Assembly (NCBI RefSeq): GCF_001194135.2
Contig: NC_068981.1
Location: 147,271,403 to 147,334,094 of the forward strand
DNA from: Octopus bimaculoides
Lineage: Eukaryota
Direction of reading: 5' to 3'
Length of the DNA: 62,692 nucleotides
A model generated the notes under the pieces. The model made no database searches, had not been told where the DNA came from, and saw only the letters and a list, made by a program, of their open reading frames with translations. Below are positions 37,231-50,166 of this stretch, piece by piece. The position numbers were made by a program, and so were the translations under genes. The stretch's first letter is position 1. Every line of letters begins with the position of its first letter.

Positions 37231-37810
37231 GTAAGTATCATTTCATTTGACTTCTGAATTTAAGTGAGTTCCATTTTGTTTTCAACTAAATATTTATCAA
37301 TTTTACAATAGAGAAGTAGTACTTAATAAGGGGAAGACTTTTGGTTGCCATTGAAAAATATAGCATGAAAAGCTGACGGTTGAGAAGGTGAAAAATTTTG
37401 ATGTATAGTGATGGCAGAACCATTCAAACTTCCGTTGTCATCACTAAAAATCAAATTCTTGTGTATTGGCACTGAAGATAATAACTGTTGGGAAATTTGA
37501 AATACAAAAAAAGAACAAATAAAGATAAATGAAGAGAAAAGGCAAAAGGACCATAAGACAGTTTATTACAGTTATCTTTCTTTTTTCCCCCCACAATTTG
37601 ACAAATATAATTTTCCATTTATTATTGCGAGGACACCCAAAGTTCTAGCCCAGACAGTCAGGGATCAAATGGCTGAAACAGTATGGTGTGATTTGAAGAT
37701 TTCACTGCTATTTCTTGTAGGTCAGACAATGATAACAGTATTTGATAAATAGAATTTTATTTCTATACATTTATAATTTGTCATTTTTTTTCCTTTTATT
37801 ATTTTTGTAG

Positions 37811-38033
37811 ATCTTCATCTCTTCCGGAAGCTTTGCCAATGGAGAAAATTGCTGCTATCAAAGCAAAACGTCTGGCAAAAAAGAGAACTATGATTAAAGG
37901 TGATGATGACATTGCACCTGGTGCTGATGACCAACGAACTTTTGTAGATGCTGAGGTCGATGTAACTCGAGTCATTGTCAGTCGAGAACGGTTATGGCGG
38001 ACTAGAACAACTATATTACAGAGTTCTGGGAAG
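37811..38033 (+). CDS. CDC73: Parafibromin exon 6
   Basis: Acceptor tttgtag|; [74 protein letters not shown]; 223 nt; donor |gtaggc. Confidence 0.97.
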
Positions 38034-38480
38034 GTAGGCTAATTCTTTTTTTACATTAATACTTTGTAGTAGATTTAGATGTTTAAAAGATAAAATATTT
38101 TAATTGCTGTAATTAATGACCTGCCTACCACAACAGAATTGAGATCCTAAAACCAAAGTGCCACATAAAAAGCATTGGTGTGGGTGCTGGTGCCATGTAA
38201 AAAGCATTTGCTTGACACAGTACTTTGATTTGGTCCCTGTCAAACCATCCAACCAATACCAGCATGGAATGCAGATGCTAAATGATGATGATTCATTTAG
38301 GTTTATTACTTTTTTGTGGGAAGTCTCTTTATGAATGAATTCTTTCTCCTAGTATTAACTTTTACATGTAATTCTTTTTAATGGAGTCTGAGTAAGAATA
38401 TCGATGCATAATATTATTTAATTCAGTCAGATGTACTTTTATTTGTATATTAATTCATTTTTGCCAATTTTTTTCTTTAG

Positions 38481-38582
38481 GAATTTGCTAAAAATATTTT
38501 CAGTATTCTTCAGTCTATTAAGGCTCGAGAAGAAGGAAGTCAGCGACAAATGAGCCACCCTTCACAAACAACACCAATATCT
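38481..38582 (+). CDS. CDC73: Parafibromin exon 7
   Basis: Acceptor ttctttag|; EFAKNIFSILQSIKAREEGSQRQMSHPSQTTPIS; 102 nt; donor |gtaagt. Confidence 0.95.
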
Positions 38583-38666
38583 GTAAGTTTCTCTTGGTTA
38601 TTTACTGAAAATTGCACTAATTTTAGGAGTCTGTGTTTTCTTCCTATTTCATTTATATATTTCGCT

Positions 38667-39620
38667 GGTGACAAAGGGCCTCTCACTCAGAGTAAAAGGT
38701 AGACTGTATGATGCATGTGTGCGAACAGCCATGCTACGTGGCAGTAAAACATGGGCCGCGACTGCAAGGGACATGCGTAAGCTTGCAAGGAATGAAGCTA
38801 GTGTGCTCCGCTGGATGTTTAATGTCAGTGTGCATATACGACAGAGTGTAAGTACTGTGAGAGAAAAGTTGGACATAAAAAGCATCAGATGTGGTGTGCA
38901 AGAGAGACGACTGCACTGGTATGGTCATGTGTTGTGTAAGGATGAGGACAGTTGTGTGAAAAAGTGTCATACCCGAGCAGTAGAGGGAACCTGTGGAAGA
39001 GGTAGACCCAGGAAGACCTGGGATGAGGTAGTGAAGCACAATCTTTGAACGTTGGACCTCACAGATGACAAGTGACTGAGACCTTTGGAGATATGCTGTG
39101 CTTGAGAAGACCTGGCAAGCCAAGTGAGACCGTAATCATGGCCTATGCCAGTGCAGCATAACAGGCCCATTTAAGAGTACCCTTCAATCATTGGGCAATA
39201 AACTGTGCTTGCGAAGACCTGTTCAGTCAAGTGAATTCATTGTCGTGGCTGATGACAGTACTGCTTGATTGGCACCTAAAAAGCACCATTCGAGTATGGT
39301 CAATGCCAGTACTGGCTGACCGGTCGGTCCTGTGCCAGTGCCACCTGACTGACTCCCTTGCTGGTGGCACATAAAAAGCACCATTCAAGTGTGGTTGATG
39401 CCAATACCGCCTGACTGGCTCTCGTGCTGGTGGCATGTAAAAAGCATCCACTACACTCTTGGAGTGGTTGGTGTTTGGAAGGCATCCAGCTGTAGAAACT
39501 TTGCCAGATCAGATTGGAGCCTGGTGCAGCTTTCTGGCTTGCCAGCCCTCAGTCAAGCCGTCCAACCCATGCCAGCATGAAAAGCAGATGTTAAACGGCG
39601 AAGATAATGATGATGATGAT
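38667..39620 (+). mobile_element. 5'-truncated RTE-clade LINE in CDC73 intron 7
   Basis: Open 126-aa frame TKGLSLRVKGRLYDACVRTAMLRGSKTWA...RGRPRKTWDEVVKHNL, followed by the 3' UTR and tail. Confidence 0.9.
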
Positions 39621-39750
39621 TTTGTATTTTTTATTTTATAACTTCTTAATTCAGTAGTACTTAATTGCCTTAAAAAATAACCAGTCATGATACAAACTAC
39701 AGCACTAGATATTTAGCTATCTGGCTAACATCTAGTTATCTGTGATATCA

Positions 39751-39796
<46 letters not shown>

Positions 39797-41177
39797 ATTT
39801 TGTCAATATTTTGTCAATCTTGTTCCTTCTTTTGGCATATTTTTCACCAATTTTGTCTTTTTTGTTTTTGTTTAGACATTCTTGAAAAGTTTATGGAATA
39901 GTAGAGAGGTGGATTAATTAAATTCCTTAGTATTTAGTTTCATTTCTCTACATCTTCTGCTCAAACCCCACTGGTACAGCTTTGTCCATCCACATCACAC
40001 AAGTGGATAAAATATATAACTTCTTATCTGTGTTTCAATGGAAGAAATTGTTATACCAATCTAACCTTTTTAATTTCTGTGACCTAAGGGAGCACAATTT
40101 TTACAACAATATTGGTTTCTATAAAAGGAAAAAGGCTATAAATTCATCTATGCATGTATGCAGGAAAGGAGTATAATCTGTTTAATTAAATCCAGGCCAC
40201 TGCAGGAAGGGATTTAGCTGAAGCAATCAAACCCAAGCAACATATTACGGGAAGATGTTTAATCAGTTTAATCAAACATAGGTTCGTGTGGAAAGGAGTA
40301 GTGTGTGTTTCACCAAAACTTAACTGATATTTCATCATATCAATCAAAGGACATGAGGCAAAACTACCTTTGTTGAGATTTAGACTCAGAAATAACGCTA
40401 ATACCATAGTTTTAATTTAACAATAAGTTAAATGGCTGTTAATGTTAAATTGTAAAAGTTGTCACATACTACATTTTAATGTGACTAAATATCAATAGTG
40501 ATACAGAAGCAGATATAAGTGTTCTACTTTCATTGGCTAGAACAAAATCATCTCTCCCATATAATTAAAGATAGGTCATAATGTCATTTGTTTTGCTACT
40601 CTAAAGGACCAGTATAAGATATGGTGATAGTCTTATGGACCCTGCACTATGGTCAAAAGTGTTTCATCAATGAATATCCTCTTTTCTTCTCAGACAAAGT
40701 GTAACCAAGATTACTCTATCTAAAGTATTCTTTTTTAAGACAAGGTATATGCTGGACTATATTATCCATTGTTGCTGTTTAGCCCAGGTCAACACTAATC
40801 AAGCAAGACCCATCACCAAAGTCATCCTAGCAGTAACTGTGATATTTTTTTTACATAAACCATTTATCAAGGATTACATTTTCTTATGTAGTCTTCCTTT
40901 TCACAGACAGTAAAGTGTGATCAAGGGAAACTGAACTACTATTATGGCAGATCAGATGACACATAGAAGCTTCCTTGTTGACTTGTTGATACACTTTTTG
41001 GTATCTATTAAACCATGTTCTGATTTTGGAAAATTTTCAGTGTTAGAAATAAGAACTAATTTTGAAGGGAAGTGTTATTAATATTTCTTCTTTTGTTCAT
41101 TTGTACTTCTGTCTTCTGTAGAAGTTATTTTCAGTGTTACCTTATCTCGTTGTCAACTACTATTTTTTTTTTTTTAG

Positions 41178-41244
41178 CAATCTCGACCTCCCCCAGCAGT
41201 AGGCTATAACAGATACGATCAGGAACGTTTTAGAGGCAAAGAAG
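41178..41244 (+). CDS. CDC73: Parafibromin exon 8
   Basis: Poly-T acceptor ttttag|; QSRPPPAVGYNRYDQERFRGKE(E); 67 nt; donor |gtaaga. Confidence 0.96.
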
Positions 41245-42271
41245 GTAAGATATTTTTATTATATTTATTGCTTGTAGTTCTTTACATCTTATCAGCTACC
41301 AAGTAGTTACTTTTGTAGTTTGTTTTACCCTAGGTCAACTCTGAACCAGTAGATCTTTGATAAAAAAAATCTTCCAGCCTTAATTATCCAGGTTTTATTT
41401 TCTCCAAAACTGTTCTTGATTCATTACCTCTTTTCTCTCTCTGTCCACTTTGTATCTTGAGGATACACTCTGATGCCTCATCTCCACCATCCTTTCTCTC
41501 TTTCCTGCTGAGGTAGCCATGTATCTCATCTACAGCAAAACATCTGTTCCTGTCTCTTTTTCCTACTTTAGTCTCTCTATATTTGGTACAAAGCTGTCTC
41601 ACTCAATTCCGCTCTCTGACTCTGACAAGAAGTCTTGTTTTGCATGTTACTTTGTGACTTCACTAGTACTGGTGCCATGAAAATAGCACCCAGTACAGTG
41701 GTTGGCATTAGGAAGGGCATCCAGCTGTAGAAACCTTGCTAAAACAAACATTGGAGACCAACACAACCATCATGCTAGTCAGACCCATGCTGTTTGGAAT
41801 ACAGACATGATAATATGTCCATCCATTTTTAGATGACAAATTTTATTGTTAATTCTAGCAGGTTGGGTGATTACAGAGGCTCTTTTATTGGCTTGTCAGT
41901 TCCCAGTTTATGGATGGAAGGGAATGGCTTAATTGGTAGGTTTGGTACTATCAGCTCATGGGTTATGAAGATTTGTTATGGGTTTGGCAGTACATTTAAT
42001 TTTACATGCTGGAGTTCATCTAACTGTAAAGAAAATTATGTGAAGTTATCTGTTGTACAGACCAGCAACTTATCCAGGAAGAGATTTATCTCATATGTTA
42101 ACTTGTCTTAAAAACCATAGTTAAGTAGAATGCATTGGTTTGTGAAATAATTAAAGCTTAGAGCTGAAACAAAGAAAAAGTGAGCCAACATCAGGTTGCT
42201 CCTTTCATCAACATCATCATTTAATGTTGATTACTCATCACTATATATTAGAGTCTTGCATAATACATACA

Positions 42272-42326
<55 letters not shown>

Positions 42327-42415
42327 GAGAATATACAAAAAATAACAACAGACGAGGACAGGTGGTGTAAATAACAAAAATATATATTAGTATGACGCTC
42401 GGGAATACGGAAAGT

Positions 42416-42450
42416 CTTTGACGTTTCGAGCTACGCTCTTCAACAGAAAG
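42416..42450 (-). ncRNA. Minimal hammerhead-like motif in a probable Penelope pLTR fragment (~42325-42510)
   Basis: The minus strand reads CTTT-CTGTTGA-A-GAGC-GTA-GCTC-GAAA-CG-TC-AAAG: stem I, a core with A6>U, stem II, GAAA, palindromic ACGT and a GTC triplet. It is embedded between (TA)n tracts. Confidence 0.65.
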
Positions 42451-42510
42451 AATACGGAGACAAGGAGAAAAACACGGAGAAAAAAAATTGAATAGTGTTC
42501 AGTCAACGGT

Positions 42511-42544
<34 letters not shown>

Positions 42545-42649
42545 NNNNNNNNNNNNNNNNNNNNNNNNNNNNNNNNNNNNNNNNNNNNNNNNNNNNNNNN
42601 NNNNNNNNNNNNNNNNNNNNNNNNNNNNNNNNNNNNNNNNNNNNNNNNN

Positions 42650-42686
<37 letters not shown>

Positions 42687-43323
42687 AAATAACTCATAGT
42701 AGTTGATCTGCAATAGAAGTTTGAGCAGTAACACACATGCCTGCTTACACAACTTTTTAACTTTGAATGTATCATCAGTTAATATAATTTCATGAAGCCG
42801 TTGTGGGCAGTGTGCATATTGTTACTATATTTCTGCTGGGGTTATTTCTGGTATTTCAGAAGCCTTGGGCTGTTATATATATCCAGGTCAATTATAACTG
42901 GAGCATTCCATTGTTGACTGATTTGTAGGTGATTTTGCTGTTATTTGTCGCCTGTTGAGTGACTCCATAGAGGCACCCTAATGGAAGCTTCAGCTGTTTT
43001 GTTTGGGTGTAATTCTAACTTAAGATAGTGATGTGCCTAACAAGGAATGATCAACAAGGAATAGCTTGTACTGTTTTGAACTTGGACTTTTGGCTCCCAA
43101 ATCCTTTAATAGCAAGACTTAATGCATATAATAAATTTATTTCTATATTGAGGATATTTTATTGGAATAAGTGTTTATGTAGTATGTTCCTCTTATTTGT
43201 GATGTGTTTTGAGGCATTATGATCAATAAATTAATAAATGATTCCACTGTGAATGAAAAACAACTGAAAATTTTCTTTTCATGTTCATAAAATTATTGTT
43301 TTTCTTTTTCTTATTTTTATCAG

Positions 43324-43576
43324 AAACGGAAGGTTTTAAAATTGACACAATGGGAACATATCACGGAATGACACTGAAATCTGTGACAGAAGGTGCTCTA
43401 GCCAGAAAAACTCATACTCCTCTACCTACTGCAATTCCACAACCACGACCTATTTCTCAAGCACGACCTCCGCCAAATTTAAAGAAAGGTTCTCGTACTC
43501 CAGTCATTATCATCCCTGCTGCTGCCACATCACTCATCACTATGTTCAACTCAAAAGATATGTTACAAGATCTCCG
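43324..43576 (+). CDS. CDC73: Parafibromin exon 9
   Basis: Acceptor ttttatcag|; [29 protein letters not shown]...[28 protein letters not shown](R); 253 nt; donor |gtaaac. Confidence 0.97.
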
Positions 43577-43817
43577 GTAAACTTTTGCTTATTCTCTCAT
43601 CTGATTCCATTTATTACATTCATTTATTAAACTCTTAAAATTACCTAAAAGCACATAAATATTATTCCACATGTCATGTTTCATGATATTTACAGCCTAT
43701 TTAACAGCAGATAATATTCTTTCTTACTATAGGAAGGATCAATTATATGAGTGCATAATTTGTGTGTATTTAAACAATATTGTCTTAATGATTTATTCTA
43801 TCAATATTCAGCTTATT

Positions 43818-44030
43818 AAGGCCGAGAGCTGGCAGAATTGTTAACATGCTGGACAAAATGCTTAGTGCCGTTTTGCCTGGCTTTACTTTCTTAGTTCAAA
43901 TTCTGCTAAGGTCAACTTTGGCTTTCATCCTTTTGAAATAAGTGTCAGTCAAGCACTGGGGTTGATGTAATCAACTGTCCCCTTCTCCCCCAAGTTTCAG
44001 GCCTTGTGCCTATAGTAGAAAGGATTATTA
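43818..44030 (+). mobile_element. SINE, same family as 16502-16732 (decayed)
   Basis: GAGCTGGCAGAATTGTTAACATGCTGG...GTTCAAATTCTGC...CTTTGGCTTTCATCC. Confidence 0.75.
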
Positions 44031-44486
44031 CTAAGCTTATTACTGTTTTACATGCCCGAACATTCTGGTGCAGAAATTCTAATAGTTATTGTCTGTAGTT
44101 CTTCATTATTAAACGGCTTTTTAGTTGAACAGCAACTGGTCAAATTTAGCAGATATCGAAATAAATTTATTTCTCAAACGCGTGATAATGCTATAAATAG
44201 CATGATTAGGATAAATTATCCATATAATGCAGAAAAATACGTTACCGGCCAGCCATGAGACAGATATCATTTCTTTTACATTTTTTTGAGACTATCCCCT
44301 GTTTATTTGTGGAGTTTCTTAAAAGGTTGCTTGAAAATATATTTTTTTGTCATGCTGGTGTATGTCTTGGTTTTAAAATGCATGGAACTGCAGTCAGTAA
44401 TTCCAGCATTTTAAACCTTAACAATTACTCTTTAGTTTCATTCTGTTAATTTCCTAAACCAACTGTTAATGTTGATAGTTATATTG

Positions 44487-44777
44487 TGTTTGGGGAGAGT
44501 CATACTGCCTTAATATTTAACACACCCACTGGTTCAATTTCCACTCATTTATTATTTATATTTTTCCTTTTCCAAAATTTTCGTTGCTTTTGCAACTTTG
44601 TCAATGGATGTTGACTCTGTCCATTATCCATAATAATGGACAGGATAAACAGTCAACATCCATTGAGAAAGTTGCAGAAACAATGAAAATTTTGGGAAAC
44701 AATAAAACATAAGTAATAAATGAGTGGAAATTTAACTGGTGTGTTAGATATTAACGCAGTATGACTCTCCCCAGACA
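44487..44777. repeat. ~290-bp fold-back (long imperfect palindrome) in CDC73 intron 9
   Basis: The left arm TGGGGAGAGTCATACTGC...CAATGGATGTTGACT..TGTCCATTAT pairs with the right arm ATAATGGACA..AGTCAACATCCATTG...GCAGTATGACTCTCCCCA; loop at ~44628-44632. Confidence 0.92.
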
Positions 44778-45313
44778 ACAAAATTTGTTTCAATGCATGA
44801 ATTAATTATTCACATAAAGAATCTTGCAAACCAGATACAAAATCGAAGTGGTAATTGTATGTTTTACCTTAAATAAAGTATTAAAAAAAATTAAATTACT
44901 GTAATTCAAAATAAATGTAGAGATTTAAAAAAAATTATTTTACTGGTTTCAATTGTGGACTGCAGCCATCCTAGTGCACCTCCTTCAAGAGATTTTTTTA
45001 TGTTATATCGACGTCAGTATTTGGTATTCTTTTTATCAGATGACTAAGTTTAAAATGCTTTGTAATTCAAAAGAGTTGATTCCCTTTATGGACTTCAAAT
45101 ACAACAAATTTATCCTCGTACCTTTTATAGATAAGATTATATAAAAACAATTTATCGTTACAGATTCCATATGCTGAATTTCAGTGGTATGGATTAGTAT
45201 TGTAAAATAAATCCCTGTTTTCCCTTCATTATAATCGATTTCATTATATACAAAGGATGTTGGGACTAAATTACTTAAGATATTTACATAGTTTATCTAT
45301 TTTGTCCGGACAG

Positions 45314-45451
45314 GTTTCTCAGTACTGAAGAAAAAAGAGCACAAGGTATGAAAAGAGAAAATGAAGTATTGATTCAGAGACGAAAAGAAGGTGGTTTAAC
45401 AGTGCCCTATCGTATTATTGATAATCCTACAAAACTTCAGGCAGATGACTG
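45314..45451 (+). CDS. CDC73: Parafibromin exon 10
   Basis: Acceptor gacag|; [45 protein letters not shown](W); 138 nt; donor |gtatgt. Confidence 0.96.
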
Positions 45452-46175
45452 GTATGTATTAAACTAATTATTAAAAAAGAACTTTTCCTTGGGGATGGAA
45501 AACAAAATAGATATTTTTTCAAACTCCATGTTAGTTTTCTTATTAATTTTGAATTTAATTTAACACCGAGAGTTGATATATTTAACACTTTGTTGATAAA
45601 GCCTATCAATGCTTCTACATTAATGAAGATATATATGTCTTTAATGAAGATATAACATATACATCTGTGTATATGTGTGGGTTTACACTTCCTTTTTCTA
45701 ATGAAATTCAGGGATTTTTGTACATCACAAAATGGGTTTATTATATATATGTATTGGTGACACAAATAGGAATATAGAACTCAGAACATAACTAAATATA
45801 TATTTTTGACTTTCAAGTTTGATAAGTGCCAATGCATAAAACTTTCATCCCTTGAGTTATTCTGTAACTACTGCCAATTATATATATATTATATTCTTTA
45901 AGAGATTGACTCTGGCACAAAAATGGCAGCTTGATCTTGTTAACTGGAAGTTATGGCTTGGCTGTGAAGTTTTACTCTTCTGTTAGTATTGTTATGAAGT
46001 ATTGGACAATGTAAGAAATGTTATTTGTAAATAACTCATCTTGAGCAAGTCTTTTACAAAACATATTTTCAAGTGTGTATACTCTAGTTCGAATAAAAAA
46101 ATTACTAATATTTTACACATGGCTTTATTTTTGTTAGTATGCTTGAGATTATATGTAATTTCTTATTTGTTCTAG

Positions 46176-46267
46176 GGATCGTGTTGTTGCTGTGTTCGTG
46201 CAAGGTCCTGCGTGGCAGTTTAAGGGTTGGCCTTGGGATGGCAATCCAGTTGAGATATTTGCTAGAA
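46176..46267 (+). CDS. CDC73: Parafibromin exon 11
   Basis: Acceptor ttctag|; [30 protein letters not shown]; 92 nt; donor |gtaagt. Confidence 0.97.
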
Positions 46268-47629
46268 GTAAGTCTTTCTTGATATATTCCTGCTCCAGAA
46301 CTAATTTACTGACATGAATAGAAGCGGAGTACATTTAAATTCCAATATTAAACTAAAAGAATAGGATAAATTTGAAGGTTTCAGGCCCCTGGTTTATGAG
46401 GATTAGAAGTTGAATCATGAACAGGAATTTCTATACCATATTTACTTGTGTACAAGCTACACTTTTTTGTATAAAACTTCTACTGTAAAAATTTTGTACC
46501 AGTTTTATTTACACAAGTGAATATATGTTTCATTTCAGGAAGACAGAAAGAGAAGTGTACTTTATTAATATGATGCAACAAAACCTCCATAAAGTAGAAA
46601 CTCTTAAATAAGAATTACTTTTGCCAGAATTAGAATCCCAAACTAGCCTGAATTAGATGAATACATGTCATTCAAGTACTGTTTTACTGGCACATACCCT
46701 TCCAGTCACTATCCCATACCTGTTTTTCATGCAAAAGATTTTTTTTATTGTCCATGTGTCTTTGAAAGTGTAAACATAACAGATGATTAGTTGATGGGGA
46801 ATGACAACAAACTTCTCTGTGTGTAGCTTAGCACTTTTTCATGCAACATGCAAAATCACACAGGCACACATGGCTATATACATAATGGGCTACTAAATTC
46901 ACTCACATGACATCAGTCATCATGGGGTTAGAGAAAAAGATGCTGACTTAAGATGTTGCTGAGTGGGACTGAACCTGAAACCACGTCACTGAAAGACTAA
47001 TTTCTTGACTACACAGTCATTTTTTATATATAAGTATTGACTTTTAAAGTATTAACCACATTATATATAAGTATTGACTTTTAAAAATTTAAAGACTGCT
47101 TCAGACTAACTTCCCAGTGGTCATTTATTTTTCATCAAACTGAATAAGTTGCTGTTCCAAATTCTGATTAGCAGGTAAAGGTATAACTGTTTGGATTTCT
47201 TCTAGGAGACTATTTTAAATTAGTTTTGATTTTTTTTTATTTATTAAATTTTGTTTATTTTGTCAGAATATTTGAGAAACTTTAAAATGTAGGTTTAAGT
47301 TGTCAGTTTCCAACTTAAAGAGATTTGAAGTTTTATGGTATAAAGTGCAAATGGAAAGACAGTATAACCTTTAGTTGAAGTTAGTTATATTATGAGTTAA
47401 AACCCTGGTAGATTGTGATTTGGGGGGTATTTTACTGCTGTTTCCGGCAAGTTTAGTAACGTTGTGGAGGCTCTCTTGTTGGCTTATCTGATTTAGATGT
47501 GCAGCGAAAGTTTAACTCATAAAATAAACAACTTCAACATATATATATATGTGTGTATGTATGAGTAGTTTATGTATTATAAAGTGAACACTTTTCTATT
47601 AAAAGTTTTGTTTTTGCCTTCTTTAATAG

Positions 47630-47771
47630 TCCGAGCTTTCCATGTCAAATGGGCCGATTTGCCATTAGATAACAACATCAAAAAATGGGCAGTTAATGTG
47701 ATTAATTTGGACAGACACAAACGCCATTTGGACAGAGCAATGTTGCAACAATTTTGGGAAGTGTTGGACAG
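47630..47771 (+). CDS. CDC73: Parafibromin exon 12
   Basis: Acceptor ttaatag|; (I)RAFHVKWADLPLDNNIKKWAVNVINLDRHKRHLDRAMLQQFWEVLD(R); 142 nt; donor |gtaaag. Confidence 0.96.
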
Positions 47772-48149
47772 GTAAAGATTTTACTTTTCACTGTTGTTTT
47801 TTGTATTTTCTTGCTCTTTTTGACCTAAATGTATAGTTGTTAGAGTTTAGCCTTATTTTAATTTGCTCAGCATGTGGTTACTATTGTTTGAACCTTTTGA
47901 CATCTCTCCCACTTGCTGTTTTTAATCTCACAACAGCTAACTAGTTGAAGAAAGATTTTGAGAAGAAATACAACATTGTAGCGGGAAATTTATGTCATAC
48001 AAATCTTGGTGATGTGCAGAGATATTAATTTGGTGGCATGTTAATCATTTGGGCCACCCCTTCTCCAACTATGGAATTTGAAAAAAAAAATATTCATCCC
48101 TTTTTCTATTGCATTCTCTTTTTACTATTTAATGTGAGTCCAGCGAAGG

Positions 48150-48455
48150 TGCATGGCTTAGTGGTTAGGGATATTTAGCTTGTGATCATAAGGTCGTGAG
48201 TTTGATTACTGGCAATGTATTGTGTCCTTGACCAAGACATTTTATTTCATGTTGCTCCAGTCCACTCAGCTGGCAAAATGAGGTGCATCTGTAATTCAAA
48301 GGGCCAGCCTTGTCACATGAATTTCCCTGAGAACTACATTAAGGGTATGCGTGTCTGTGAAGTACTCAGCCATTTGCACATTAACTTCGTGAACAGGCTG
48401 TTCCATTGATCGGATCAGCTGGAACACTCATTGTTGTAACTGATGGAGTGCCAGT
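48150..48455 (+). mobile_element. Decayed SINE of the 32563 family
   Basis: Shares CTGTAATTCAAAGGGCCAGCCTTGTCACA and CAGGCTGTTCCATTGATCGGATCAGCTGGAAC with 32563-32954. Confidence 0.8.
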
Positions 48456-50129
48456 AATGTGAGCCAATGTCTCTACATAGTCACTTGAACAAGAAATAGC
48501 AGCTAGATCACACCTACTATCTTAAAAAGGAAAGGCACATGAATTATGAGATGGCCATAACTGGAACACCAGTCTAATGGAAAGTTGACACAAACAATGG
48601 ATCTGGGTACAACATCTAGTTGTTTGACTACCTTCATGCCACGAGTCTCCAGGATCAGTGAGAATTGTCTTGGAACTAAAAAACTACTATGGTTTAGTCA
48701 TCTTTAAAACACTTTATTTCCTCTTACTTTTCTATAGTGTCTAATCCAAACTCTGTATGTCCTAGTATCAATTTAGTACATCATAGTGGCTGTGAGCTGC
48801 TACATTCTAGCACTTGTAACTTGCTAACAAGCATTGCAGTTTAAAAACAAGGTACATTACTCTGCTTTTTTTATCAGCCCAACCGAAAGGAATTTCCTCT
48901 CACTTCAAAGCTGTGATAGGTATTTGGTTTAGTTTAGCCCTTTCAGTAGCAACCCACGATGGACTCCTTCTGATTTTAGGATACAAAAGTATTCATTTTA
49001 AAGTGTTTATATTTAAATTGAAACTTTACATCATAAATTTATTCAAGAATTTTTCTAGTTATGTTGCAAATACCAGCTTAATCTGTTTTTCCATACTGGC
49101 ATAGGTTGATCAAATATGTAATGATGTATTGTTTTACAACCACATGCTCTTTATGTCATTAATTCTTGCTTGTTTTTTAAATAATGCTTTTGAAAGCTCA
49201 CATCTCCTGAATGACTTGTTTGCTAGCAATGTCAACAAACATCACCATTTTTTATCGACACTTTTCATATGAGGACTTAAGATGTAAATGTACATATCAT
49301 CATCGTTGTCATATGACGTCCATTTTCCTTGTTGGTGTAGGTTGGATGGTTTAACAGGACCTGGCAAGGCCTGGAACTGCACCAAGCTCCAACAGGGTCA
49401 CTAAGTACCTTGCAAGATAAAAAATGGGCATGTGTGTGTGTGTGCCGGTAGCATGTTAAAAGCACCATTCGAGCGTGATCGATGCTAGTGCCACCTGACT
49501 GGCTTGAATGGTGCATTAACTGGTCTGTGTGCCGGGAGTGATCGTAGATAAACTAATGACCAGAAGAACCAGGTAAATTGAATGTGACTGTTCTTTATTG
49601 CAACCATTATAAAAATACATGGCAGGTCTTAAGTAATTGGTTTGATAATTCATGGCTAGGTTCTGTGTGATGGACAGCATCAGCAATGAGAAAAAAGAGG
49701 AAGATGTCCACTTGGTTTGTGATCTCATCTCTCTCTGCTCTGTAGCATGAGGGACCTTTCCTTATATAACAGTTGGTAGGCAGGAAGAGATTTTTTCTGT
49801 ATTGGGATAAAAACTGTTGCTCAAACACTGACTGGCTAGTTAAAAACCATCCAATCTTTGCAACAGATTTAGTCCAACCCTAATCGCGTGATCAAATGTT
49901 GACAATATCGAAATACACCCTTTAGATATAGTTTAAAGCTAAATAGCCGAATAGACAATATGCTTGCTACAAGTCTGTATGACTTGGAAAGGATCTTTGT
50001 CCTCTCCTAGTAATATGTGTGGTCATATAATGTTTCATTACTGTTAATTTTATGTATTTTGTCTTTAAGCAAATATACAGACATATTTTATTTTTGGTTG
50101 TTATTTATCAACTTTCTTTTTACTTTCAG

Positions 50130-50166
50130 ATATATGATGAAAAATAAGAATCATCTTCGATTCTAG
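50130..50166 (+). CDS. CDC73: Parafibromin exon 13, terminal coding part
   Basis: Acceptor actttcag|; YMMKNKNHLRF then TAG. The human C-terminus as recalled is YMVKHKSHLRF. The 13 exons sum to 1569 nt in one frame. Confidence 0.96.

Noticed and set aside
20943-50129. A nested antisense gene in a CDC73 intron (human has B3GALT2 nested in CDC73)
   Set aside because: No intronic ORF of suitable length or galactosyltransferase-like sequence is visible. The intronic ORFs are transposon remnants.
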